From: an uncultured Acidobacteriota bacterium
Lineage (GTDB): Bacteria; Acidobacteriota; Thermoanaerobaculia; UBA5066; Gp7-AA6
DNA length: 64,000 bases
Assembly: GCA_963764715.1 (NCBI GenBank)
Contig: CAVXTP010000014.1
Coordinates: 32,001-96,000, forward strand
Direction of reading: 5' to 3'
Below the pieces are notes generated by a model. That model saw only the letters and a program-made list of their open reading frames with translations, was not told where the DNA came from and did not search any database. The translations under genes were made by a program, and so were the position numbers. Position 1 is the stretch's first letter. The number at the start of each line of letters is the position of its first letter. Positions 1 through 8,308 of the stretch are shown one piece after another.

Positions 1-571
1 GTGACGCGGCGGCCGGAGCGACGGGCGGCGGCGGCGCGGCGGGCCGGGGCGACTCGGGCGCCGGCGGGGGCTCGGGCTTCTCGCCGGCGTCGTCCGTCAG
101 GCCGGAGAGGACGTCGGAGAAGATGTCGTTCGAGGTCAGCGGAGAGGCCGCGGCGGCGACCTGCGCAATGTCGATGCGCATCGTCTTCGCACCGACGTCG
201 GACGAGTCGAGGGCGTCCCGCACCGACTCCAGGAGATCGTCGTCGGTGAACGGCCGGACCAGGATGTCGAAGGCCCCCACCTTCTGCGCGTCGGCCTTCC
301 GGTTGTTTCCCCGGTAGCCGCTCATCATCAGGACGATCGGCGGCGCCGTGGCCCCGCCCTTTTTCCGGATCTCGCGGATGACCTCGGCGCTCGGCAGGCG
401 GGGCAGCATGCCCGAGAGAAGGACCAGGTCGAACTTGCTCGAAGAGAAGGCCTGCAGGCCCGCCTCCCCGTCGTGCGTCTCGGTCAGCGCGTGACCGAGC
501 GGGGAAAGCAGCGTACGAATACGCTCGATGTACCGCGGCTCGTATTCGATCAAAAGAACTTTTTTGGGCAT
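1..571 (-). CDS. Atypical (pseudo-)receiver domain protein with Pro-rich linker; 3' end runs off the window
   Basis: Absent from the ORF track. Manual translation from ATG at 571: MPKKVLLIEYEPRYIERIRTLL...HDGEAGLQAFSSSKFDLVLLSGMLPRL...GAFDILVRPF, a REC-fold pattern followed by a Pro/Ala-rich linker. Confidence 0.8.
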   Translation of the reverse strand, partial: MPKKVLLIEYEPRYIERIRTLLSPLGHALTETHDGEAGLQAFSSSKFDLVLLSGMLPRLPSAEVIREIRKKGGATAPPIVLMMSGYRGNNRKADAQKVGAFDILVRPFTDDDLLESVRDALDSSDVGAKTMRIDIAQVAAAASPLTSNDIFSDVLSGLTDDAGEKPEPPPAPESPRPAAPPPPVAPAAAS

Positions 572-626
572 GAACTGAAAGCTATTGTCGCCGGAAACGT
601 CGGGAAATCAAGGAGAACGGAGAATC

Positions 627-721
627 AGGAGGCCGGAGGCAGACGTCAGGAGGCAGGAAAGATCGCCGACGAATCCACGTCTTCCGGCGTCCTGCCTCCT
701 GCTTCCCGCCTCCTGCCTCCC
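627..721. repeat. Inverted arrays of heptamer repeats (AGGAGGC)n / (GCCTCCT)n
   Basis: aggaggc-cggaggc-agacgtc-aggaggc (627-654) faces gcctcct-gcttccc-gcctcct-gcctccc (694-721). Confidence 0.75.
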
Positions 722-727
722 GACTCA

Positions 728-747
728 TATAATCCGCCGGTTAGGAG
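728..747 (+). promoter_or_regulatory. Candidate -10 box (TATAAT) and RBS (AGGAG) for yebC
   Basis: TATAAT at 728-733 and AGGAG at 743-747, upstream of ATG 754. Confidence 0.55.
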
Positions 748-753
748 TCACGC

Positions 754-1494
754 ATGTCCGGACACAGCAAATGGAGCACGATCAAGCACAAGAAGGGCGC
801 CGCCGACGCCAAGCGCGGGCGCATCTTCACCAAGCTCATCCGAGAGCTGACGATGGCCGCCAAGCAGGGCGGCGGCGCCCCGGAATCCAACCCGCGCCTG
901 CGCAAGGCGATCGACGACGCGAAGGCCGTCAACATGCCGGCCGACAACATCAAACGGGCGATCCAGCGGGGAACCGGGGAGCTGCCCGGCGTCACCTACG
1001 AAGAGGTCACCTTCGAAGGCTACGGTCCCGGCGGCACGGCCGTCCTCATCGAGGCCCTGACGGACAACAAGAACCGCACGCTGCCGGAGATCCGGACCAT
1101 CTTCTCGAAGCACGGCGGAAACCTCGGCGAGACCAACTCGGTCCGGTTCCTCTTCCAGAAGATGGGCTACATCACCATCGAGAAGAGCAAGGCGAGCGAG
1201 GACGCGGTCATGGAGGCGGCCATCGAGGCCGGCGCCGACGACGTCGGAACGACCGACGAGTACCACGAGATCAAGACCTCGCCGGACGGGTTCGCGGCCG
1301 TCAAGGCGCACCTCGAGTCCAAGGGCTTCCCGCTCGCCGTCGCCGAGGTCTCGATGATCCCGTCGACCGAGGTGGCCCTCGACTCGCGCAAGGCCGACCA
1401 GATGGTGAAGCTGATGGAGGCGCTCGAGGACCACGACGACGTGCAGAACGTCTGGGCCAACTTCGACTTCGCGGAAACCTCCGCGGCCTCGTGA
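754..1494 (+). CDS. yebC: YebC/PmpR family protein
   Basis: [38 protein letters not shown] signatures. Confidence 0.97.
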   Translation: MSGHSKWSTIKHKKGAADAKRGRIFTKLIRELTMAAKQGGGAPESNPRLRKAIDDAKAVNMPADNIKRAIQRGTGELPGVTYEEVTFEGYGPGGTAVLIEALTDNKNRTLPEIRTIFSKHGGNLGETNSVRFLFQKMGYITIEKSKASEDAVMEAAIEAGADDVGTTDEYHEIKTSPDGFAAVKAHLESKGFPLAVAEVSMIPSTEVALDSRKADQMVKLMEALEDHDDVQNVWANFDFAETSAAS

Positions 1495-1967
1495 TCATCC
1501 TCGGGCTCGACCCCGGAACCGTCGCGACCGGTTTCGGGGTCGTCGCCTTCGAGGGCGGCCGTCTCCGTCTCGAGAGCTGCGGCGTCTGGCGCCCGCCCTC
1601 CCGCATGGAGCTGCCGGCCAAGCTCGACTTCCTGTTCACGGCGGCCGTCGAGCTCTTCGGGCAGGTCCGACCGGCGGCCGCCTCGATCGAGACCGTGTTC
1701 GCAGCCCGGAACATTTCCTCGGCGCTCAAGCTCTCGCACGCGCGCGGCGTGCTCCTCGCCGCCGCCGCCCGCTCCGCGGTCCCCGTCTTCGAGTACGAGC
1801 CGCGCCTCGTCAAGAAGGCCCTGGTCGGCTACGGACAGGCCGAAAAGGAGCAGGTCCGGGCCATGGTCCTGTCCCTTCTCGCCCGCCAGCGCTCCCGCAT
1901 CCCGCTCGACGCCGCCGACGCCCTGGCCCTCGCGATCTGCCACATCCACGCCGGCGCCGCCCGCTAA
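1491..1967 (+). CDS. ruvC: Holliday junction resolvase RuvC
   Basis: GTG start overlapping the yebC stop; [36 protein letters not shown] motifs. Confidence 0.95.
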   Translation: MIILGLDPGTVATGFGVVAFEGGRLRLESCGVWRPPSRMELPAKLDFLFTAAVELFGQVRPAAASIETVFAARNISSALKLSHARGVLLAAAARSAVPVFEYEPRLVKKALVGYGQAEKEQVRAMVLSLLARQRSRIPLDAADALALAICHIHAGAAR

Positions 1968-1997
1968 ACGGATCGGTTCCTTTCCGCCACCCGGCCC

Positions 1998-2165
1998 CAT
2001 CCGCTCGCGGCGAGGATAGTCTCCCGAGCGAAGCGAGGGAGGAGGTCCGCGCCGCGGGAGCGAGCGCGCGGCGAGGGATCAGGCGGGCGGTCGAGCCCGC
2101 ATCCGGGCGAGCCGCCCGCCGGTGCGCCGGCACGGCGCAGATCCCTCACCGCGCGCTCGCGACGG
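1998..2165 (+). repeat. Dispersed structured element, copy 1
   Basis: CATCCG...AGTCTCCCGA...GGGAGGAGG...GCGACGG; homologous to 42238, 43634 (minus) and 49040. Confidence 0.85.
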
Positions 2166-2186
2166 GGGTGCTAGCATCTCGCCCGT

Positions 2187-3140
2187 ATGTCGTTCCAGGG
2201 TTCCATCCAGGAGCTCCCGGTCCCCGACATCATCCAGCTCGTCTCGGTCTCGGGGAAGACCGGGATGTTCATGCTCGTCCGGGGATCGGAGCGCGGCTTC
2301 ATCTACCTGCGCAACGGGCGGATCGTGCATGCGGAGCTCGGTCCGCTCACCGGCGAGGAGGCCGTCTACGCCCTGGCGATCTGGTCGACGGGGGACTTCC
2401 AGTTCACGCCCGGCAAGGAAGCCGACACGGTCACGATCGAGAAGACGAACACGTCTCTCCTCATGGAGGCCGCCCGGAGGCTCGACGAGTGGAAGGTCCT
2501 CGCCCGGAAGATCCCGGGCGTCGAGTACGTGCCCGCGCTCAAGGCCCGGGAGGTCGGCGAGCCGATCACCCTCTCGCCGCCGGAATGGAACCTCGTGATG
2601 CACATCGACGGCCGGAAGTCGGTCGAAGACCTCGCGCGCGCGATGCATTCGAACTCCTTCGACACGGCGAAGATCCTCTACGGCCTCGTCACGTCGGACC
2701 TCGTCGAGATGCGCTCCCGCGAAGCCGCGGTGCGCGCCATGGCAACGGCCGCGCCGCCCCCGGCCTTTGCCGCCACCCCGAGCGCGTTTTCCCCGGCGTT
2801 CGCGCCCCGGACGACACCCTCGTCCGGAGCCACCTCGTCCATCGCGTCCATCGCTTCGACCGCGCCGGCGGCCGGCGTTCTCGGCGACGAGAAAAAGATC
2901 CTCATGATCCTCTGCACCCGGGTCAAGCAGGAGGCCGAGACGGCGATCGGCGAGTCGAACCTGCCGGGCCTCGACCGCCCCTACAAGCAGGCCCTCGCCG
3001 AGATCGACCGCGGCCGCGGCGTCGAGGCGGTCCGCGACCTGATCCGCCATACCGAGAAGGCCATCTCCTCCATCCGGGGCCCGGCCATCATGAAAGCGTT
3101 CCAGGACAAGATGTCGCTGGTGATGCAGCCGAAGGTATAG
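2187..3140 (+). CDS. DUF4388 (PatA-N-like) domain protein
   Basis: MSFQGSIQELPVPDIIQLV...GKTG...GFIYLRNGRIVHAE...LLMEAARRLDE, then a wHTH-like segment. Confidence 0.85.
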   Translation: MSFQGSIQELPVPDIIQLVSVSGKTGMFMLVRGSERGFIYLRNGRIVHAELGPLTGEEAVYALAIWSTGDFQFTPGKEADTVTIEKTNTSLLMEAARRLDEWKVLARKIPGVEYVPALKAREVGEPITLSPPEWNLVMHIDGRKSVEDLARAMHSNSFDTAKILYGLVTSDLVEMRSREAAVRAMATAAPPPAFAATPSAFSPAFAPRTTPSSGATSSIASIASTAPAAGVLGDEKKILMILCTRVKQEAETAIGESNLPGLDRPYKQALAEIDRGRGVEAVRDLIRHTEKAISSIRGPAIMKAFQDKMSLVMQPKV

Positions 3141-3240
3141 CCGTCGCCTGCGCTTGCTCGGAGGGCTGCGCCCTTCGGGCGCACCGGGGCGAAAGACCCT
3201 GCGACTGAGGGCGACTGCAAGCCGAAAAGCTCGATTCGCC
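3141..3240 (-). repeat. Dispersed structured element, partial/degenerate copy 5 (3' half)
   Basis: Minus strand reads ...CCGGTGCGCCC-GAA-GGGCGCA...GCGACGG, matching the 3' end of the other copies; begins immediately after the TAG at 3138-3140. Confidence 0.6.
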
Positions 3241-3334
3241 TCGATCGTCCGGCCGACAGCTTCAACTCGGCCCACAGCCGTGAACCCCCGCTACCTGACC
3301 GGAAGGACGGTCCCCTGTACGAGCAGAAGATGTT

Positions 3335-3363
3335 TGGCAATACGGCCTTTTTGGCTTATTATT
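3335..3363 (+). promoter_or_regulatory. Candidate sigma70 promoter for the OmpA gene
   Basis: TTGGCA-17 nt-TATTAT; AGGAG RBS before ATG 3410. Confidence 0.5.
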
Positions 3364-3409
3364 TTCGGCAGCTACGTTCCCCCGTCCGGGTTCGAAAGGA
3401 GACATTTTC

Positions 3410-4813
3410 ATGATGGCGAAGCGGACCGTGCTCCTCGGGATGCTGATCTGCGCCACCAGCGTCGCGGCCTTCGGGCAGCCCGCGGCAATCGCCCCCAACG
3501 TCGGTGGAGACGTGGGACTCTTCACCATGTCGACGGCGGACAACCCCCGCGCCGGACAATTCACTCTTGGCATGTACGCCTGGTACCAGCCGCAGATCGC
3601 CGGGCCGTTCTTCGTGGGTCAGCCGGACGAGTCGCGCTACTTCGCCCAGTACGGCGGCAACGTGTCCCTGGGACTCGGCCTGACCAACTGGTGGTCGGTC
3701 TTCGTCTCCGGAGGCGCACAGGTGACCCGGAGCGAAGGCGGCTGGGACGCGGGCTACGTGAACTCGCTCGGGATCGTCGGCCCGTTCAATGCGTCGGAAG
3801 GCCAGAAGATACGGCTCGGCACGAAGTTCAACTTCCACTCCGAGGCCGATCCCGACTTCCGCATCGCCGGCTGGCTCGCCGGGCACATTCCGATCTCGGA
3901 CCGCGACCCCGTCGCCGGTCCCGGCAGCACGATCGAGGCCGTCAACTCGCCCCGCGCCGACTGGGAATGGGGCGCCGCGGTCTCGAAGTCGTGGTTCACG
4001 GGCATGGTTTCCTACACGATGTCCGGTGGCCAGGACAATCCGCAGGATCCGAACGACACGATCCGCGTGGCCAACCTCCTGAAGTTTGGCGTCGGTGCGA
4101 CGATCCCGGTGGGCACACCGCTCCTCGAGGTCATCATCGAAGCGCTCTACAACGTCTACGACGGCGGCGACTTCCCCCAGAACGACTACGGCCAGTTGAA
4201 CGGCGGCGTCCGCCTCTGGTTCGGCCAATCGGGATGGGCGCTTTCCGGCGCCCTGGGCACGAACCTGTCGATGCTCTTCACCAACGGCACCAGCCAGAAC
4301 CCGTTCGGCGGCGTCCTCGGGGTCACCTACGCGGCCTGGCCGCCGGCCCCCCCGCCGCCGGTCGTCGTCCCCGCGCCCGAGCCGGTCGTCGAGCCGGCCC
4401 CCGTGGTGGCGCCCCCGGTGACGACCACCCAGGCCCCCCCGCCGCCGCCGCGGCCGGCGCCCCGGTCGACCTCGGACGAGATCTTCTTCGACGGCAAGAG
4501 CGCGCGCCTGACGAACATCGCCAAGGCGGTCCTGGACGGCGTGGCCCTCCGGATGAAGAACGACCTGAACTCGACGGCGGTCGTCACCGGCTACACGGAC
4601 AACACCGGCACCGAGCAGGCCAACCTGGAGCTCGGCGCCAAGCGCGCCCAGGCGGCCAAGGACTATCTCGTCACCCGCCACGGCATCGATCCCGCCCGGA
4701 TCTCGACCATGTCCAAGGGATCGGCGGAGCCGGCGTACGACAACGCGACGTCCGACGGAAAGATCAAGAACCGCCGGGCTCAGATTGTGGTAACACTCGT
4801 CTCCGGAACGTGA
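3410..4813 (+). CDS. OmpA family outer membrane protein (beta-barrel, Pro-rich linker, peptidoglycan-binding OmpA_C domain)
   Basis: Signal peptide; C-terminal VTGYTDNTG...NLELGAKRAQAAKDYL...NRRAQI. Confidence 0.92.
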   Translation: MMAKRTVLLGMLICATSVAAFGQPAAIAPNVGGDVGLFTMSTADNPRAGQFTLGMYAWYQPQIAGPFFVGQPDESRYFAQYGGNVSLGLGLTNWWSVFVSGGAQVTRSEGGWDAGYVNSLGIVGPFNASEGQKIRLGTKFNFHSEADPDFRIAGWLAGHIPISDRDPVAGPGSTIEAVNSPRADWEWGAAVSKSWFTGMVSYTMSGGQDNPQDPNDTIRVANLLKFGVGATIPVGTPLLEVIIEALYNVYDGGDFPQNDYGQLNGGVRLWFGQSGWALSGALGTNLSMLFTNGTSQNPFGGVLGVTYAAWPPAPPPPVVVPAPEPVVEPAPVVAPPVTTTQAPPPPPRPAPRSTSDEIFFDGKSARLTNIAKAVLDGVALRMKNDLNSTAVVTGYTDNTGTEQANLELGAKRAQAAKDYLVTRHGIDPARISTMSKGSAEPAYDNATSDGKIKNRRAQIVVTLVSGT

Positions 4814-4844
4814 TCGAGAAGACCCCCGACGGCGCCTCAACACA

Positions 4845-4870
4845 ACCCCCTCCCCCCGAGGGGGTTTTTT
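4845..4870 (+). terminator. Intrinsic terminator after the OmpA gene
   Basis: AACCCCCT-loop-AGGGGGTT followed by a T run. Confidence 0.7.
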
Positions 4871-5993
4871 GACGGCGCGGCCGGGGGTCGATGAGACCCC
4901 TCCCGCCCGCGTCGTCGGTCTGACCGTCGTCACGACGGCCGCGGTCGTCGGCCTGCTCTACTACGGCCAGCCGCTTCTCGTCCCGCTGGCGTTCGCTCTC
5001 TTCCTGTCCTTCGCGCTCCGGCCGTTCGTCTCGCTGCTCGAGCGGGCGGGGTTGCCGCGCGTCGTCGCGATCCTGCTGATCCTCTTCGTCATCACGGGAG
5101 GGCTCGTCCTGCTCGTGATCAACGTCACCGCCCAGATCAACCAGTTCTTCGCCGAGCTGCCCCGGTATCAGAACCGCATTCGCGACCTCCTCGCCGGCGT
5201 GATGGGCATGGTCAACAAGCTCCGGGAACGGATGGGCTCGATCCTCCCGGACGAGGCGCCCGGCGTGCGCGAGGTCAAACTGACCGAGTCGCAGCTCGAG
5301 ACGACGCGGGCCTTCGTGGCGCGGCTCGGAGCCACGGTCGGCATTTTCCTCTACGCCGCGACGATCCCGTTCCTGACGTTCTTCATGCTCAAGGACCGCG
5401 AAAAGTTCAGTCGGGTCCTCGCCGGCATGCTCACGCGCAGCGAGCGGATGGGCGAGTCGGACGTGACGGGGGCGATCTCGCGCACGATGACGGCCTACGC
5501 CCTGGGGCTCTCCTTCGTCATGCTCATCATGGCCGGGGCGACCACGCTCGGGCTCATGCTCCTGCGCATCGACTATTACTACGTCCTCGGGCCGATCGCG
5601 GGTGTCGCGATCCTGCTGCCCTACGTCGGAGTCATCCTGTCGACGGTGCCGGCCGTGGCCGTGGCGTACTTCCAGTACGACGGCGAGAAGGCCCTGCTCG
5701 TCTTCCTCGTCTACACCCTGATGCAGTTCCTCGAGGGCAACGTCCTGACGCCCTTCATCGTCGGCAGCAAGGTCCGCCTCTTTCCGCTGACCGTCATGAT
5801 CGCCTTCATCTTCTGGGGCACGATCTGGGGAATCTCGGGGGCCGTGCTCGCCGTGCCGCTGACCTCGGCGATCAAGGTCGTCTGCGAGCACGTCAGGGGC
5901 TGGGAGGGCATGGCCCGGCTCCTCGGGGAGCCGGACCTCCCCCACTTCAACAAGAAGAAGGGGCGGGAGAAGCCGGCGGAGGCCGCCGGCTAG
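4869..5993 (+). CDS. AI-2E family transporter (start uncertain)
   Basis: Multi-TM; LLPYVG, QFLEGNVLTPFIVG, WGISGAVLAVPLT motifs. Confidence 0.9.
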   Translation: MTARPGVDETPPARVVGLTVVTTAAVVGLLYYGQPLLVPLAFALFLSFALRPFVSLLERAGLPRVVAILLILFVITGGLVLLVINVTAQINQFFAELPRYQNRIRDLLAGVMGMVNKLRERMGSILPDEAPGVREVKLTESQLETTRAFVARLGATVGIFLYAATIPFLTFFMLKDREKFSRVLAGMLTRSERMGESDVTGAISRTMTAYALGLSFVMLIMAGATTLGLMLLRIDYYYVLGPIAGVAILLPYVGVILSTVPAVAVAYFQYDGEKALLVFLVYTLMQFLEGNVLTPFIVGSKVRLFPLTVMIAFIFWGTIWGISGAVLAVPLTSAIKVVCEHVRGWEGMARLLGEPDLPHFNKKKGREKPAEAAG

Positions 5994-6151
5994 AGCTCCC
6001 GTCCAGGGCCGAGCCGCATCTTCGTGTCGCTAGCCGATCGCCGGAACGGCAGGTGCGCGCAGCAGATGCTGGCCAGCAGAACCAGCGCCGCCGCGCGCCC
6101 TGTCATCGGAACCCCCGAAGTCGGGGCGGTCTCGGAACCGCCCCGCCGGCC

Positions 6152-6592
6152 TCACTTTTCCAGTTTGACCTTCAAGCCTTCCGCGGCGATCTTGAGGTTG
6201 GCGCCCTTGGTCTGGCTGGTCAGTACGATCTGGACCTTTTTGGAGTTGATGACGGCCGTCGCGCCCTTGCCTTCCTGAACCGCGATGCCGGCGCTCGCGG
6301 CGCCATAGACGCCGTCGAAGTCCTCGAGGTTCTTCAGGTCGTAGACGTTGCCGGTCGCTTGCGCCTTCGTCACGCCGACTTCGCCGACCGAGAGGCCTTC
6401 GACCTTGAACTTGTACTCCTTGCCCTTGTACGCGAGCGTGCCGTGGCCCCAGCTCCAGCCGATCCCGACGGCGACGGTGCCCTCGGAGAGCTTGACCGTG
6501 GCGTCGGGCTTGCGCCCCTCCGCGCCTCCGGCGAGAGCCGCGAGACAAAAGAGAACGACCGCCGCGATGGAAACGATGGATTTCCGGCTCAT
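6152..6592 (-). CDS. Secreted DUF1134/EipA-like beta protein
   Basis: Signal peptide; VAVGIGWSWGHGTL...FKVEGLSVG...GNVYDLKNLEDFDGVY pattern. Confidence 0.7.
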   Translation of the reverse strand: MSRKSIVSIAAVVLFCLAALAGGAEGRKPDATVKLSEGTVAVGIGWSWGHGTLAYKGKEYKFKVEGLSVGEVGVTKAQATGNVYDLKNLEDFDGVYGAASAGIAVQEGKGATAVINSKKVQIVLTSQTKGANLKIAAEGLKVKLEK

Positions 6593-6633
6593 GGATTCCT
6601 CCTCAACGTTGTTTCGAGTTCTTCGGTTTTTCC

Positions 6634-8211
6634 TCAGTTGCTCGCCGACATCAGGGACTCCAGGGCGTTGTCGAGACTAAAGCTACCAGGCTTCTGGCTC
6701 GGGGGAAATTCCTTGAACGTGCTCAGGAACTGGCCCACGAACTGCTGGGCCGGCACGAGGACGAACGCGTGGTCGACCCGCCACTGCCCGTAATTGATGC
6801 TCTCGTGGTCCGCGGTCTCGAAGGGATCGGAGCGGAGGTTGAAAAGCTTGGGGAAGCGCAGGGCCACGAACGGGTCCTGCCAGACGTCCAGGCCGTGGGC
6901 CCGCTGCTCCGCGAAGACGATCTTCCACTGGTCATAGCGCAGGCCCACGAGCGAGCCATCGTCGTTGAAGTAGAAGAACTCGCGGCGAGGGCTGGGGGAC
7001 TTGCCGGCGAGCGCATCGGTGATGTTGTAACCGTCCAGATGAACCTTGAAGGTCTTGCCGCCGACGTTCATGCCCTTCTTCAGCTGCTCCTTGACGTCCG
7101 GCACGCCGGCCGCCGCGAGGAGGGTGGGCAGCATGTCTTCGTGCGAGAACACGTCGTTCAGGACCGTCCCGGGCTTGATCACCCCCGGCCACCGTATGGC
7201 GCAGGGGACCCGAAACCCGCCCTCCCAGTTGGTGGCCTTCTCGTTGCGGAAAGGAGACGTGCCGCCGTCGGGCCAGGAGAACTTCTCCGCGCCGTTGTCG
7301 GTGGAGTACATGACGATCGTGTTGTCCTCCAGGCCGAGCTCCTTGAGCTTGTCCAGCAGGAGGCCCACGTCGGCGTCGTGCTCGAGCATGCCATCGGGAT
7401 ACACTCCGAGACCGGTCTTGCCCTGCCACTTGGGCGAGAGGTGCGTCCAGATGTGCATGCGCGTCGCGTTCCACCACAGGAAGAACGGCTTGTTCTCCTT
7501 CTTGGACTCGTCCATGAAGCGGAGCGCTTCCCTGGTGAACTCGTCATCCACCGTTTCCATGCGCTTGATGTTGAGAGCTCCGGTGAGCTCGATCTTCTGC
7601 GAGCCGTCCGGGTTCGCCCAGGTATGCAGGACTCCGCGCGTCGCAAATTTCTTTCGCATTTCGGGGTTCTTGAAGTAGTCCGGGTGCTCGGGCTCCTGCT
7701 CGGCATTCAGGTGGTAGAGCGAGCCGTAGAACTCGGCGAAACCGTGCGCGGTCGGTAGGTGCTCGTCGCGATCGCCGAGGTGATTCTTGCCGAACTGACC
7801 GGTCTTGTAGCCTTGAGCCTTGAGCAGCTCGGCGATCGTCACGTCCCGGGCCTGAAGCCCTTCCTTGGCCCCGGGCAGCCCCACCTTGAGGAGGCCGGTC
7901 CGGAAGGGCGATTGCCCGGTGATGAAGGCGGCGCGGCCGGCGGTGCAGCTCTGCTGGCCGTACCAGTCGGTGAACATCGCCCCTTCCTTCGCGATGCGGT
8001 CGATGTTGGGGGTGCGGTACCCCATCTCTCCCTGGTTGTAGGCGCTGAGGTTGTACCAGCCGATGTCGTCTCCCCAGAGAATCAGGATGTTGGGCTTCTT
8101 GCCGGCGGTCTGGGCGCGCGCGGCAACCGATCCGAGGACGAACAGGACGGCGGCGACGGCCACGCGCCGCAGGAGACTCATCGAACGGGACGGGAACCTC
8201 CAGATCATCAC
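6634..8211 (-). CDS. Arylsulfatase (Cys-type formylglycine sulfatase) 1
   Basis: Signal peptide; KPNILILWGDDIG, SCTAGRAAFITG, GKNHLGD, TDNG, WEGGFRVP. Confidence 0.95.
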   Translation of the reverse strand: MMIWRFPSRSMSLLRRVAVAAVLFVLGSVAARAQTAGKKPNILILWGDDIGWYNLSAYNQGEMGYRTPNIDRIAKEGAMFTDWYGQQSCTAGRAAFITGQSPFRTGLLKVGLPGAKEGLQARDVTIAELLKAQGYKTGQFGKNHLGDRDEHLPTAHGFAEFYGSLYHLNAEQEPEHPDYFKNPEMRKKFATRGVLHTWANPDGSQKIELTGALNIKRMETVDDEFTREALRFMDESKKENKPFFLWWNATRMHIWTHLSPKWQGKTGLGVYPDGMLEHDADVGLLLDKLKELGLEDNTIVMYSTDNGAEKFSWPDGGTSPFRNEKATNWEGGFRVPCAIRWPGVIKPGTVLNDVFSHEDMLPTLLAAAGVPDVKEQLKKGMNVGGKTFKVHLDGYNITDALAGKSPSPRREFFYFNDDGSLVGLRYDQWKIVFAEQRAHGLDVWQDPFVALRFPKLFNLRSDPFETADHESINYGQWRVDHAFVLVPAQQFVGQFLSTFKEFPPSQKPGSFSLDNALESLMSASN

Positions 8212-8308
8212 TCCTCCTTTCCGGGTTTCCTGACTTCCCGACAGGCTATGTCATTGCAAGGTCACGAGGAAACTTCGAACTTCGAGCCGCCGCCGCGGCT
8301 CCGACGGT

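Noticed and set aside
4339-4465. C-rich low-complexity tract
   Set aside because: It encodes the ordinary Pro-rich linker of the OmpA protein.
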